Assembly (NCBI GenBank): GCA_051294375.1
Contig: CM119264.1
Coordinates: forward strand, 24,158,002-24,222,001
DNA: 64,000 nucleotides
Direction of reading: 5' to 3'
Origin: Paraspadella gotoi
Taxonomy: Eukaryota > Animalia > Chaetognatha
Shown here: one piece after another, positions 34,609 through 50,144 of the stretch
Position numbering within the stretch: the first letter of the stretch is position 1
Layout: each line of letters starts with the position of its first letter
The notes under the pieces: model-generated
Database searches by the model: none
Told to the model about the DNA's origin: nothing
The model's input: only the letters and a program-made list of their open reading frames with translations
Program-made: the position numbers and the translations under genes

Positions 34609-36000
34609 ACGATGACACAACACACACTGTTGACAATGATCTTCATTGGAGTAATGATCATGAAAAGGGGCCCTGGAGGACGATGACAACCACCACTATA
34701 ATGACAACCATCACAATGACAACAATCATCACAATGATGACAACAACCACAATGTCGACAATGATCTTCATTGGAGTAATGATCATGGAAAAGGGGCCCT
34801 GGAGGACGATGACAACACCACTTAATGAAACCATCCATCAATGACAACAATCATCACAAGTGATGACAACAACCACACACACGTTGACAATGATCTTTAT
34901 TGGAGTAATGACCATGGGAAAAGGAGCAAGGGAGGATGACGACATATCCACCACGATGACAACAACCACCACAATGACAACAATCATCACAATGATGACA
35001 ACAACCACAATGGTCGACAATGATCTTCATTGGAGTAATGATCATGGAAAGGGGCCTGGAGGATGATGACAACCATCTCTACATACTGACAACCATCACA
35101 ATGACAACAATCATCACAATGATGACAACAACCACAACGTTGACAAATGATCTTTATTGGAGTAATGACCATGGAAAAGGAGCAGAAGAGGATACGATAT
35201 CCACCACGATGTACAATCACACGCACAAATGACAACAATGCATCACAATGATGGACAACAACCAAAAACGTTGACAATGATCTTCATTGGAGTAATGATC
35301 ATGGAAAAGAAGCAGAAGAGGATGACGATATCCACCACGATGACAATAACAACCACACGACAAGAGACAACAATGCACACAATGATGACAACAACACACA
35401 ACTTGACAATTGATTTATTGGAGTAATGACCATGGAAAAGGAGCGAGAAGAGGATGACGATATCGCACCACCACGATGACAACAACCCACCACAATGACA
35501 ACAATCATCACAATGATGACAACAACCACAACGTTGACAATGATCTTTCATTGGAGTAATGATCATGGAAAAGAAGCAGAAGAGGATGACGATATCCACC
35601 ACGATGACAACAGCCACCACAATGATGACATCAGCGACAACAGTCTCATTGGGGTAACGACCATGGAAAAGAAATCCTGGAGGACGATGGACAACCACCA
35701 CTATAATGACAACCACTACAAATGACAACAATCATCAACATGATGACAACAACCAACAATGTGGAAAATGATCTTCATTGGAGTAATGATCATGGAAAAG
35801 GAGCAGAGGAGGACGACGACCATCCACCACGATGCAACAGCCACCACAATGATGACAATCACATCATGCGACAACAATCTTCATTGGGGTAACGACCATG
35901 GAAAAGAATTGTGATGATTGTTGTCATTGTGATGGTTGTCATTATAGAGATGGTTGTCATCATCCTCCAGGGCCCCTTTTCCATGATCATTACTCCAATG
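34609..36000 (+). repeat. Indel-rich copy of the His/Asp/Asn coding repeat in inverted orientation (flips back at ~35910)
   Basis: gatcttcattggagtaatgatcatggaaaag units on the + strand directly after a 25-N gap, frameshifted throughout. Confidence 0.8.
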
Positions 36001-36964
36001 AAAGATACAATTTTTGTGCATTTAGAGACATTATCACTTTCAGATGTACCCAGTCGGTTATATAATTGATTTATTTATTTCCCAAAAAAGCCTATATTAA
36101 AAAAGTTGGAATATTTTTATCAAAATTTGTTAGGGAAAACAATTTTCTCCGACCTATAAGCTCATTGCAGTAGAAAATGGTTGCATAGAAACTTCAAAAT
36201 ATACATAAAGCTAAAAAAATTCAGCCTCTAGAAAATTGAAAAAAAATAAAACACACCTCGTGGCTAGAGGCTGATTTTTTAATAGAATTGCAAAATTTTT
36301 TCTTCCTAACTGCGAAAATTCCATTATTTCTCAAGTTTTTCCAAAAATATTTTTTCCAAAATCATTCAATCAATTTTTTTTTATTAAATTTACAATGTTT
36401 TGTTTTTTGATGTTGTTTTGTTGAACAAATTGAAAACAAAAGAAAAAACTATAGTAATTATATAAGTTTTTGGAAATACCTCTTAAATATTAGATAATGA
36501 GACACAAGGGAAAGTAAGCACACAGAAAACTTCCCATTCATAAAAAATTGAATAAATGAATTGTCATATTGTATTTAGATTAATTTGACTAATACAAACA
36601 TAGATTCATATAAATTGAGGGAAATGATGGGTTAAAAAAAATATTCATCTTGTCTTTGTGCTTAACTGATTAAGTTAAATCGTTAAAGTTTGTTTTTATA
36701 ATATTAATATTTTTTTGCATTATAAAACAATGGTCTAAAATTTTGTAAGGCGTTTCGAGCTATATTGCTTCATCTTTTTTACTATTTTTGATTTAGTTAG
36801 CTTTTTGTTGATGGTCAAGGGTTATGGGTCAGAACACAGTAATTCCAGTAGTGTATAATCGCACATATTACAAAAGTAATAATCAATTATTTGGTTCAGA
36901 AACAATTTTAAAGGGACAAAATCAGCCACGAGACCAGTAACGACACGTTATTTTTTCATTGGTG

Positions 36965-39900
36965 TCATTAAGAATAAATAAAAAAAGAAATAAATTGAAA
37001 GAAATAAGAAAATAAAGAAATAAAGAATATATAGAAAGAAAAGAAAGAAAGAAATAAAGAAATAAATAAATAAATAAAAAATAACGCAATTTAGACATTT
37101 CATTCAAATAATGTTATCAATGCAGTCAAATTAAGAATCAAGCTCATCCATTTAAATCAGTCATTCATTTAAACAATCAATCAAGAAACACAACAATCCA
37201 TCAATCAATCCAATCAATCAATTCAATCAATTCCCTTATCCAAATAACCACCAATCCCAGTTCTGACTCCGTCGGCGGCGGATCGAATTCTGGTGATAAC
37301 TCGATTGCCCGAGTCGAGACGACAGTCGCCCGACCGCCGCCGCAGGGCGATTTCGTCGCGCCACGTCGAAGAGGACGACGGAGGTCGAGGCCCGACTTGT
37401 GCTCGACCGCCGGCGGCGGCGCGGTACGGTCGTTCACAGCGTCGACGGACCGCATCGGCGTCTGCTGTTGCTGCTCCGCAACTGGCACCGTCGGGAGTTC
37501 TTCGGCCTCTGCGTTAGCTGTTATTGGTGGGTGGAAGAGAGAATTAGATAAATAAATAACATAATTCAAATAAATAACATAAATTCAATAATTCAATCCG
37601 TAGAATTGTAATATATTATTTTTCAAATATGTTTAAAGTTCCCTGTCCTAGACCATTACAGCACCCAAACCTCCTGTTTTCTTCAGACGGATTCACCAGG
37701 TGGGAAATCCCCCACTATTCAGTAATAACTTCACCCTCACATCGGAACCTTGACTCCCCTCCTCTCCCCCTCTCAATCCCGCTGAGCGCTTCTCAGCAGT
37801 TTGAGCCTGAGTCGTAGAGTGCGGGAAAGTCCAGTCGAGCGATCGCACCCAGTGCCTTCGGGGTCGGGATTTCGACGAATTCTTCTCCGTCAAAATATTC
37901 CACGACGATCTGATCCTCGATGGGTCTTCCTTTCTTCAATGGCATCCGTAGGCTTGCGGCCGAGCCCATGGCGCGAAGAGTAGTCGCCTTGGGCCTTTCT
38001 CTTTTTCCTTACCTTATTCCTTTTCTTTTTCTTTCTTTTTCTTTGGAGTCGAGGTTCTGCGTGGATCCTTTCCTCGATCCCGCCGAGCCTCTCTTTCCTC
38101 CTTTCTTCTCCGCCTTCGGGCTTGCGCCTCGTCCAGTTGGCGAGTTGGAGACTCTCCATCCCCGTCCGACCCCCTGTCCACCGTCGTCCGGAAGTGTCTC
38201 TCCTGTTTTTCCGGGGCGACTGCGGCGGTAACAGGTGGTGCCTGCGGTGGCGGCGCGTGTGGCGCGGCAGTCCGCTCGAGCGTGGCGGCGGCGCTCCCTC
38301 CGTCTGAGCGGCATTGTCGGGAGCTTTCTCCGACTTCTGGGCAAGCTGCTCGGCCGAATTGTGGTAAGCCTTTGAGCTAGCGGTAATTAAAGTATTCGAT
38401 TGTTTGTTAGATTTTATTTTTAATTGAAGTACATACTTAAGGTGATGATATATTTTTTTGAATCAAAAATTCTATTTTCATCCCGCCCTCACCTGCCCAC
38501 CTCCTCTCCTCGCATTAAGTCTCCGTGTGGAGATGATCTCCAGTCCGGTGATTCTCGCCAGCGCGCTTCAAATCATGTGTCGTTTCCCGCTGAAGACTTT
38601 CCGCATACGCCGCCGCTCTTCACGGGGCAAGGGCGAGGAACTCCGGCCGGCGGCCGGCGCGGCCAGTCGGACGCGGGAGCCAAGATCCAACAGTTCGCTG
38701 GACGATGTGACCCAGAATACGTTGTTGCTTGGGCGGCGGCCTTTCACGCTTGATGGCAAAGTCGTCCGGCGGCATCCACTCGCCGATCATGTTCTCTGTC
38801 TCCCATAAGCGCCCTCGTCCAGGAGGCGGAGCCGAATCCTCGAGCAGCCACCTGCGAAAACGGGAACAATAATTGGCCATAGCCAATTATTTTATGGCGG
38901 AAGTTATTTTTTTTTAGCAATTGGACGATTATTAGAATTGAAAGGCGCTGACTTTAATGGCTAATCTATCCACTTCGAACATTCGTCCTATAAAGTACCA
39001 AACGTAAAATAATTAAATAGGTTAAGAGATCATCAAAGTTCTGTTGCACCCTATATGCAAATTGAGATTGAGGCAAACTACAAAATAATTCTGACAAATT
39101 CATACCTGTCGAGTGCATCGGCGCGGGCGGCACCGTTCGCCCGAGTGTCGCCGCGCCGTGCTCGATAGAGCGGCCTGGCCCGTGTCCACGAAGAGCAGAT
39201 GTCCACTCGCGCATGAGTTTGACGGGCAAGCAGTCTGTTCTGGCATGTAATCGCGGCATATTCCGCCAACTTTGCAGGCGAAGGGTGTTACTCCCCCACA
39301 CGCATTATGCTTGGCGAAACGAGGGCACAAGAGCGGTTTCGTATTACATTGATGATCAGAGATAGATTAAAATCGTTAATATTATATAGAAATAATAAGC
39401 TAAAGAAAAATAGCGTACCTGAGTTCCTGCGTCACCCATACGGACCGACTCGCCCATGATTTTGATGCACGAATGGCATTCTACCCGTAAGTGCTATTTT
39501 GCTATCTGGCCTCGGCTGCGCTCACGTTGGCGATTTGTCAGTGCCATAATGTGGCGTCGTATGGCTTCCATTGTCCTTCTCCTCGTCTCCTCTGATGTAT
39601 CGTCGCAGTCCGCATCGCTGTATTACGAGCACACTTTCCGCTCCTCTCTCGGGTTACAACGCTCCCTTCGTGGCGGGGGGGGGAAATCTTTGACCGCGAC
39701 CGGCCCCTTGCTCGTATCTGAAAGATGGCAGAAGAAGTCGTTGTTGTTGTTGTATTTGTCTATATACCTCGGAACAACATATCGCAGAAGGGAAGGCAAA
39801 CGAAACGTCGACACAACGCACCCAACAAAATAAAAAAAAAAAATCAAAAAGCACTACTCAGCGCCATTAAACAAATAAAACAAACAACTTTAGATATATA

Positions 39901-40565
39901 ATAAAAGCATTACTTCAAAGGTCTTGGTAAATAATAAAATTTTAACGATCCTCAGCCCAGATGTTACACCTTGTCTTCTCCCTGAACGATCGGTTTTGCT
40001 GGATTGACGTCCTTCTCGTTTGTCGCAGCTGCCATCAGCCTGCCACTGCGATGCTCTCTCCTTGTGCACAGAGAGAACTGAGCGCATCTCAAATCGAATC
40101 ACAAGCTGCTCCTCTCGGCGGACGTTCTTCCTGGTCAATCAAATCAGACAATCCTATCAATCAAATCAATCAATCAATCAACAATCAATAATTCAATCAA
40201 TCGAACCTGCATTTTGTGGGATGAATGATCCATGAGGACCTTTCTCCTCCTCTTCTCCCTCTCCTCTCTCGCTCACGCTCTCCTGCGGTCCAGTCTCCTT
40301 CTATCTTCCGAATTACTCGATCCTTCTCTCTCGGCTTTCCACGACACTCTTTCGTCTCCAGACTTGTCTGTTACCGAAGAAAAATACGTAGAGGAGGTTT
40401 ATGGTTTAAATATTCAGTTAACCAGTTCTAGTTTAGTTTTCGTTCTTTCTGTAGTACATCTTGCAGTTCTTATATTTGTTGTCTTTTTTTTTAGTATTTG
40501 TTCTTTTTTCTTTTTTTTTCTGTTCTTTCTTTCTTCTTTTCTTCTTTCTTTCTTTCTTTCTTTCT

Positions 40566-40609
<44 letters not shown>

Positions 40610-42326
40610 TTCTTTACTTTCTTTCGTTTTCTTTCCTTTCTCACCACTTGATTCTGAAGCCCGAATACCACTCCTTGCCCTTTTGCTTTCCCGACTCTGC
40701 GGCCTCGCGAAGGAAATCCTCGTTTTGCCAGCGCCTCTTGTTGCGTTTTCGAAACCGGAAATTGTCGGGGTGGTCGACGCGGCGGCGACGCAGTTGAAGT
40801 CGGTGCGCATCCGGGCGTCGGTTGCGCCTCTTTCCGGCAGACAGAGTCCACGTCCATCGTCGGAGGAGCGCGGCCGAGGCGCTTTCATCCCCGCGTGAAC
40901 TTTTGCGCCATATCTTCCGCCAACTGGGCAACAATTTAATATGAAGATACGATGTTTGCCGCTTCCCTTTCTATGTTCTTTTCTTCGCACCTTGTACTTT
41001 CCTCTGATTGCTTCCTGTGGATTCGTTGTTCACCACACCTCCTCTTCCACCCTTTGCCTCACCTTGTTCTCTGATAGGGCTTGGATGCCGCTCCTTCATG
41101 GCCTTCCTTTCGCTCGCTGCACTTTCTCTCAGATGTCCTCTTCCTCCTTATACTTTAGTGCCATCGACTTTCTCGTCTCTGGTCGTCGTTGTTCGCTGAA
41201 TCGACGTCTGAGGAATCAACGAAGATGGACGTCGCTTTGTCGCGGGAACACCTGCGGGATGTTTGCTGATGTCATGATTGCCAATTAAAAAAACTTGATT
41301 TAATTTATAAGTTTGTCTTATTTTTTTAAACATAAAAGTTATTACTTTTCACCCTTCACCGATTCCTTTTCTCACTCCATTTAATTTAATAATTTATAAT
41401 TTATTGTTGTTGATTAATTTTAAATTTTATTAATTATATAATTCTTTGATTGTTGACTTCATTTATTTCTACTTATCATGACACAATGATTTATTCCAAA
41501 CTTCATTATTCTGCGTCAGTATTATTCACCGTTCTTCTCTATTGTCATCTGTTACTAGACATTATCTATTCCGGATTCTTACTTTACGATACATGCTGTA
41601 ACCGACCATCCATCTCCACTCCTGTGCTCCATCTTCTCCGACGTAAATTCGGCCACGACAGACGGCGCCCCGCATTCGATTTGAGCGCCACGCGACTCTC
41701 ATCACCTCTATCGTCAACGTCTCCAATTGCGCGCCGGTGGAAAACGCGACAAAAAAGTGGTCTTTTTCCGCCTTTTGAGCGGCGCCGAGTTTATTGATGA
41801 AAAGTGATAGAGGGCGAGAACGAGGGCCGCGCCTGGTCCTGAGCAGCCGGAAATTGAAAGTTGAGAAACAAAAAATTATTACTAAAATATGAAAAACTCA
41901 ATTCAGTAAATGAATTGAGTAATTTTACATATTGGTTGAAAAATTTCATGAGTCAGCTCTATTTTTGATGCTAGAACAGAGTACAAATTATTCCCCGATC
42001 TAATAGACCATTAAAACATATACAACTTCATTTTGAAAAACTAATTGAACATGACTTGAGAAGAATCTTCATTTTGAAAGCTAGTCCAAAGTCAGGGACT
42101 AAGATATTTGGTTTATTAAATGATAGAAATAATTGTTATACTTGTTTGAACCAATATTTGTATAAGAGAATACGAAACTGACCTGATTTCATGATGCGCA
42201 CGCCGCCGCGTCTGGGTTGGAGGTGTCAAAGGGAATGTCCAAAACAGCGCCAGCGTCGGCTGCAGACGCTCAGGTTGTTCAGCTTCGAATCCGAGGTCGC
42301 CAGCTGCAACAAGAATTCTCTGTTTT

Positions 42327-42363
<37 letters not shown>

Positions 42364-45300
42364 CTTTCCTCTCTCTCCTCTCACACACACACCTTTTGAG
42401 AAAAAGATGAAAGTCGTTTTGCAGTTTGAACTTCCTGAGAAGCTCCCGATGAGATTATCCAGAGGCGAAGGCCTCGGCGAAGCCTTCCTTCTCCACTCGG
42501 CGCGAGAGCATTCTACCTCCTCGTTCAGCCAGTTTTGCAAAGAATCTTCCTTCATGCTTGTTGCAGTATGTTGTTGTTTCTGTAGTCGCTCGCTTTTGGT
42601 TTTATCTTTAACCGGTCGGGTTGTTTTCTATCTTGATATCGTTGTTGTTTTGTGATAGGTATTGTTTGTTAAATGGTTGTTGTTGTTGTTGTTTGATGTT
42701 TTTGAAATAAGGAGTTTCGATTTCAGACGACATCAGTCGGTTTGTTGTTGTTGTTGTTGTTCTTGAACATTTAAAGGAAGCAGCCCGATGATCTTTAAAA
42801 AGTTAAGCCGATGGAATAAAAAGCTTTGCAAATTTTAACGGATTTCCACGATTTCAACGGAATTTTCCTTGCATTTTTTCGTCGACCGCGACGGACAGGA
42901 CGAATCCCATCCAACGGTCTTCGTAATTTCCATGTCCCTGTTTATGTGTACCAAATGCGTCATAGCAACCGAGTTGCGATTCGCGACCAACGAACGGAGT
43001 TTCGGTTTTCCTGCGTATGTTCTTTTATTAAACATTGGGTACGGAATTTACGTTGATTGTCTGCGAGGGAGCAGCAGAGATCGGAAGAAAGAAGGCGACG
43101 CTCGGGACGGAAGGAAAGCAAAAAGACTAACGTTTCTAAAAAAGTTTCACGTTTCCACTGAAAACTGAATCTTTCAGCCATCTAGCACACAATTATTGTA
43201 TTTTTGTGAAAAAATTTTTAGAAAAAAATCGTATTTCTTCCAATTTATTACGATGCATTTTTACAATTTTAAAAATTTATAATATCCGGAAATGAGCCGT
43301 CGTTAGTTTCCCGATGACCAGTCAACAAAGACGACATCGAAGAATAGTTAGACGACGACGACCGACATTTAAACTGCAACCGCACGACCGAGATTCGGAA
43401 ACGTTCTTCATCTCACGACGGACGCTCGCTGACAAAAATCACTTGACCTTCGAAAACTCTTTCTGACCCGCGAAGAGTTCACGTTTTGCCCTTTCCACGC
43501 TCCTTCTCTTTTCCTCATCTCATTATATTTCGTCTCAACCATTCCATCTTCATCCAACCCGCCACCGCTGTTGACTTTCCCGTCGACCCCCTGGAACCAG
43601 ATGTTCACTCTTTGATTTCTCGTCGCCTTCTTTCGTCTTCATCGTCCGTCGTCTCGTCTTCGTCGTCTCGGACCTCACGCGAGGTCACGCCTCATATTCG
43701 TCTCGTCAAAACAAACAAATCGGCTGCTGTGACCAATCACGAATCAGAGACTAAGATTTAGATCAACGTTCTCATCCAATTGAGTGAGAGGAGGAATTTC
43801 CAGTTGTCTTTCGTGCTGGACGACATTTCTTTCCAATATCCGATTGTCAAACATCTGTCAATTCGATGTGATCATTCGTTTGACATAGATTTCTTCTTCG
43901 ACTTGGTTCGTTCCCATCCCTCCGTCCATCCGCTCCAATCCGTCCATCCGTCCATCCCGTCCATCACCGTCCATCCATTACATCGATCATCTAGATACGA
44001 ATTTTTTCAGACGGAAATAATTGCCATCGATTCTGACGTTCAAATCTGAACCAAATTGAAAAATTTGATTGTCGACAGGCGTCGAAAGGATTTTGAGCCA
44101 TAATCTGACGGATAGATGATCCACAGAATGAGCCGCCTCAGATGATCCTCAGATGCCATCTCAGATTGAAATTTGGAATAATTACTGAGAGAACCGAAAT
44201 TAGACCTCTGAATACAAATTCAACGTGGTTAGCGTTGTTTAATGTTTTTTTAGAGTTCGTTAATAGTTAAGTAAAATAATGAATATTTCCACACTGCTTA
44301 GATGAGTAATAATTAGTTGTGAAAAAAAAATATAGAAGGTTTAAAATGTTAAAAACTCGTACCCGTCTTCATTTACAAAGTTAAATGATAATACAAAATT
44401 AACAAACACAAACTTAAAAATAAAGGGTTTCTCCCGCGTCGTATTCAGCGACGAGAGGCCCTCTCACGGCTCTTAACTCTCTCTCTATCTCCCGAATTTC
44501 GATCTCTGTCTCGCGTCGAATTCGAATCGTTAATTCGGACTCCGTCGATTCCTCCGAGTAAGTTTCGTCGTCTTCATTGTCGTCGTTCGTCGTCGCGTCG
44601 TCTTCGCTATCAAAGCGACCGCTTGCTCTCCAAGCCATTTTCGCGTTCAATGTTCGATTGTGTTCTTTTTTGGTTTTCCCGACCTGGAATGAAAGGGAAT
44701 AGCAATGTTTTTTTTTATGCGGAGGCGAATGATCAACTATTTCATTAAAATAAGCCATTGCGTTATATCGGATGCTAATTTAGGTGTTGATTTACCCCTT
44801 GGAAGGTAAAATAGGATATATTAAAAATTGATTTGATGATTGATAAATTGATTAGATAAATCGATTGATTGATAGCTTGATTGATTGAATTATTGATTGA
44901 AACTCCCAGACTCAACCCTTCCCCCCACAAACTTTACTTTCCCCTTGTCCCCCCCCCAACTTCCTCACCGCCCATCTTTCTTCCTCCCCTTCTTCCTCCA
45001 CTGAGCACGTTCGGACCCTTCATCTCGCTTCGGACGCCGTATTGTATCAATCATTACGAAACTTGTGGCGACAGGAGGAAACAAAAATACCAACAAACAA
45101 CCAGAAACAAACAAAACAACATACAAACCTTAACCATCACAGCAACTATCGATCAGCAACGTTAAACAACCCCATCAAAAAAAACACAACATCAGGCGTC
45201 TATGACCTCATTTGATTCCTCAACTCTTCGATCCTCTCCTGCTGACTTCGTCGGAAAGAGTATACGCCCGATTCGGTCGCACTCGCAGACGAGGCAGTGT

Positions 45301-48300
45301 TGGAGGTCTTGATTCACTGCGACATCTAGAGCCAAAACGAAGGAAAAGAGGGTTTTACGTCGCGTCAGACTCGACGTTTCAATGACAGTAAAAACAGTTA
45401 ATAGGAGATAATGGGTTTTCGCTCATTAATCACCGTTCAGAGCTGGACCAAAGAAGTGAACCCCTTAACCATGGACACACGTCTAAGATATAAACCCATC
45501 GCAAATCTGTTTCTAGAACGTCAAGAGACGTCGCTATACCCATATTTAATTGACCAGAAACCACGCAAAGATACCACAGACCCCAATACCCACCACGCGC
45601 AGACTGTGGTAGACGAGCAAGCGAGCGCGTGATGAATGAGGGTAGAAAGAAACAGGGGAAGGCAAAGGTGAGACGAAGGTGGTCAACCCACGAAAGGAAG
45701 AGGGAAAGGCCATGCGCGCGGCTGCCCAGCATCTCCAATGCGGACGCAGGAACGCAGCTGGCGAAGAGATCGTCACCCGGGATGGAGACGTGGTTGATCC
45801 TGTAACGTTTAGGATATAAATAATAACTATAATTCGTTGTATCTAATTATAAGTAAAGAGCTATCCGCCCGTATCCTCGATAGCCTCAGATGTTAGAGCG
45901 GAGGAAACTAGTAGGATTTATCACGACGGTTATCCTTAGGTTCGCTGAGCGAATCCGGCTCGAGGCCACTGTTTAATTTAAAATAAAGATTTTAGCCAGT
46001 CGTATCGTGATTTTTATTATAAAATTATATATTAATAATAAATTATATTTTGATTTTATATTGGTTGTACAAATTTCAAGTACTTAACATTCTGATCACT
46101 CGAATTCTTGAACACTTTCGGGATAGGACTCACGCATTGAGAGCCGTATCATGAGCTGATAATACACCGGAGGACAAAGACACATCGGCCCTTTGAAGGA
46201 ATTAACGTGCCTTGGGCAGGCACGAACAAGTCTCTCGAAAGCCTAGCCGAGCGGCCACACTCTCAATCCACCTCCATCTTGGCCGCGTCACTAACAAAAA
46301 GATGGACATGGGTATTCGAGACCTCTCCTGTCGTCTCTCCTTCTCTCTCTCTCTCTCTCTTCTCTCTCCTCTCTTCATCTCTCCTCTCTCCTCTCTCTCT
46401 CTCTCTCTCTCACCTGATCCAGCGTACAAATGTTGCTCCCGCGCCGTGAAGACTGAATGTCCTTTTCCGTCCAGGAACCGCTGCAGGCCGCCGGCGGCCG
46501 CAGCCTGAGATCAGCCATCCAGCCCGTCCCTTCCATCTGCATTTCGGCGCTGCATTTGCAGACCCCGAAATTTTGGGAAGTTCGAGTTGGAGAGAGGCAG
46601 GAGTTTTCTCGAGGCTGGAAAAAGCCTTGGCGAGAAAAAAGGAAAGGAAAAAGAAAGAAGAGGACATAAAATAAGATGAAAATAAAATTAAATTAATACG
46701 TATATTTTGAAAAAAGTGAAAAAAAGAAGCCACCGTTTCCGATCCTCTGATCCGGTCCCGTAACATCCTGGCCTGAAAAATCCCGGATGTAACAGGAATT
46801 CCCGACAGACTGATTTGGACGCAGATCGACGGAAAGAGGTTCTCGAAACTTGTGGCGAGACGTCGCTGGCCAATCTGGGCGGGTGACGGCAAGAAATAAT
46901 AAATACTCTAAAGTATATCGTGTGATTTTAAAAAATGTAAACAAACCCTTGAGTTCGGAAGATGAGAGACACGTTGTAGAGATTTCGGGAAAAGTGAAAC
47001 ATTGAGAAATATTTGTTCTATCCGACAGTTTCTATTGAGTGATCTTGAGTCGAAGGTAAGTTGTCCGCAGCCGCAGCGTTCCAAGAGCGTCGCGACCTCT
47101 GAGATTTAGTGGTCTTAGAATATATCGCGCTGAAACAAGCATCAACAAAGCCGGCGTTAATAAACAACATACATAGGCTAAAAACATCACATGTCAACTC
47201 AATACGACCTGCAGATGCTCGGATGACCAGCGTCCTCCTTCGGTGATGGTGACTCTGCTGGAGAAAGCTCGCTGATCTGGTTCTGCTTTCGGATGGGCTT
47301 GGCCTGTTCCCAATATGAGCCTGAGAGAAAATTGACTTTCGGTTTCGTCCGAACAGTCTTGCGATCGTTCGTCGTCGTCCGCGTCTTCGTCGTCGTCATT
47401 ATCTTCGTTCTCCTCTCTTTAATGGGTCATCCTTGACATCGCTTAAACGTTCGTTATTTTTCGTCGTCGACATTTCTTCGTCATCGTTGGAACCTTCGTG
47501 ATCGACGGACTCGTCCGGATCGGATGACGGTGGTCGACGCAGGATCGAGTACTCAAAAGTGCTGCCCCTGAGAGGCGTCGCGCGATCTGCTTGCGGTGCT
47601 GCCCGCTCGTCTGCTCGCGATCGTGCTCTCCCAAGGCGCGCGGCAGACATCAATCAGAGTGGCGTCGGCGTCTGTCGCGTTCCGGTAGCAGAGCTCTCTC
47701 TCCCGCGTGTCTGACAGGGTGCGGCCCGCCGCAGGCGATGCCCGATACGAATTCTTGCAGAGAACGCCCGTTCGGTGTCGACGGCAGATCGCAGACACCT
47801 GGTTGTGCGTTTCGCGAGGGGCCATTGGGAAGTCTCAATAAATAAATAAATAAATAAATGTAAATAGAAGATATAACCATTCTAAAAACCAGCAAGTGCT
47901 CTTTCAGCTCTAACCATTACTTTAAAGATGAGCCTACCTAAGCAGAGAGTCCCTGTACCCTGTTGTGACACAGCCCCTTCGTGTCTGCAGCGTCGAGTCT
48001 TCCTTATCGTCGCGTGCGTCGCATTTCTCAACGGTCGTTTCTGCTTGCAATGGATCCCGTCCAACGGACGTCGCAGGTCGTTGTCATTCTGGATGAATTA
48101 AAAATATGGATTAAAAATAAATGATTCGAGGAATTTTTAAAGAAGTCAAGAATAAATGGGCGAAAAATAAAAGCGAATCAATTCAATGGTTAGCCGTCAT
48201 TTGTGCAGCGAAACAAGACGCACCATTTAATACAATACAGAGAAAAAATTAACATAAATGTCATTTACGATCTGTAGCATAAGCCATTTTTGAAAAAAGA

Positions 48301-50119
48301 TATATAAATGAATTGATTTCCTCAATCCTGATTATTAAATTACCCGTTCTTTTTCTCCAATGTCTTCCCCGTGTGACCCGGGATGAAGCATATTCGCGAC
48401 AAACCCGGAGGCCACTTCCCATCACGTGACACTCCCAGGCTCACGCAGGATCCACTCGCCAGAGATCACGCGTCCCGCGGACGCCGAGTGGGCTTCGTGG
48501 TGTTCTGGCCCGCGCCGATGGCGCAAATGCAGCCCGACGAATTCCTCTCGGGGCAGAAGCCACCGGGAACGTCGCGTCGAGGGCGCGGCAGCTGTCTTCG
48601 CCGCATAGGATGCGCACGCGGGCGTCGGGGGCTTCTCCAGTCGTCTCCTCCCAGCGGAATGAAGAACTTCCGCGATGGTCGTCGTCCTCTGCATCCTTCC
48701 TCCCTCTCACTCCTTCATGGTCGTTTCCAAATGAAACCAGTCACGTTGTGATGGTCATTTGTGATGGTTGTCATTATAGTGGTGGTTGTCATCGTCCTCC
48801 AGGGCCCTTTTCCATGATCATTACTCCAATGAAGATCATTGTCAACGTTTGGTTGTTGTCATCGTTGTGATGATTGTCATTGGTTGTCATTATAGTGGTG
48901 GTTGTCATCGTCCTCCAGCGACTCTTTTCCATGGTCTTACGCCCAATGAAGATTTGTTGTCGCTGATGTTGTTTCATCATTGTGGTGGCATTTGTCATCG
49001 TGAGTCGTCTCCCCTGCCCCTTTTCCATGATTCATTACTCCAATGAAGATCATTGTCAACATTGTGGTTGTTGTCATCATTGTGATGATTGTTGTCATTG
49101 AGTGGTTTGTCATTCAGTGGGTTGTCATCCCCAGACTTCTCATGGCTCCAATGAGACTGTCTGTCGCTGATGTCATCATTTATCGTGAGTGGAATCGTCA
49201 TCCTCTTCTGCTCTTTTCCTTGATCATTACTCCAATGAAGATCATTGTCGAACTTGTGGTTGTTGTCATCATTGTGATATTGTCATTGTGTGGTTGTGCA
49301 TATTGTCATCCTCTCTGCTCCTTTTCCATGGTCATTACTCCAATAAGACATTGTCAACGTTGTGCTCAATCGATTGTTGTCATTGTGATGGTTGTTATGA
49401 TGTGTGATATCTCTCCGGCCTCTCTCTTTCCATGATCAACTCCAATGAAGATCATTGTCAACTTGTGGTTGTTGTCATCATTGCATGATTGTTGTCATTG
49501 TAGTGGTTGTCATGTGGGTACTGTCTTATTCCTCTCTGTCCTTCTAGTTCATTACCCAATGAACATGTCAACGTGTGTTGTTGATCATCATTTGTGATGA
49601 TTGTGTCATTGTGGTTTCTTATAGGATGGTGTCACTTCCGGGCTCCTTTCCGTACATTACTCCAATGAAGATCATTTGTCGACATTTGGTGTTGTCATCA
49701 TTGTGCAATGTGTGTATGTGGTGGTGTTTCATCTGGCGTTGGATTCGTCGATCCTCCTCTGCTCCTTTTCCATCTATACTCCAATAAGATCATTCACGTT
49801 GGGTTGTCATCATTTGATGATTGTTGTCATTGTGATGAGTTGTCATTATAGTGTGGGTTGTCATCGTCCTCCAGGGCCTTTTCCATGTCGATTACCCAAT
49901 GAAGCATCGACATTGTCGGTTCATGTGATTGTCTCATTGTGGTGTTGTTGTCATCCGTGGTGGATGGTCGTCATTACGTCGTGCTAGCCTCCAATGCGTC
50001 CGCTTTCCATATCATACTCCAATAAGATTCATTGTCCAATTGTGGTTGTCATCAACTTGTGATGATTGTTTTCATTGTAGCATGTTGTCATTATAGGGTG
50101 GTTGTCATCTGGGCTGGCC
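36965..50119. repeat. Noisy direct duplicate of ~23270-34580 (5' half of SPEF2, intergenic DNA, tRNA-Tyr, 3' part of the EGF gene) running on into the His repeat; probable uncorrected long-read gap fill
   Basis: Collinear with the clean copy (e.g. 37250 vs 23530; 42420 vs 28255; 45872 vs 31627). Differences are mostly 1-2 bp indels spread over exons, introns and the tRNA alike. Ends at a 25-N gap. Confidence 0.9.
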
Positions 50120-50144
50120 NNNNNNNNNNNNNNNNNNNNNNNNN

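Noticed and set aside
36965-48700. SPEF2, tRNA-Tyr and EGF-gene 'pseudogene' copies
   Set aside because: Divergence is dominated by small indels, is uniform across exons, introns and tRNA, and lies next to 25-N gaps. This fits raw long-read error better than evolution.
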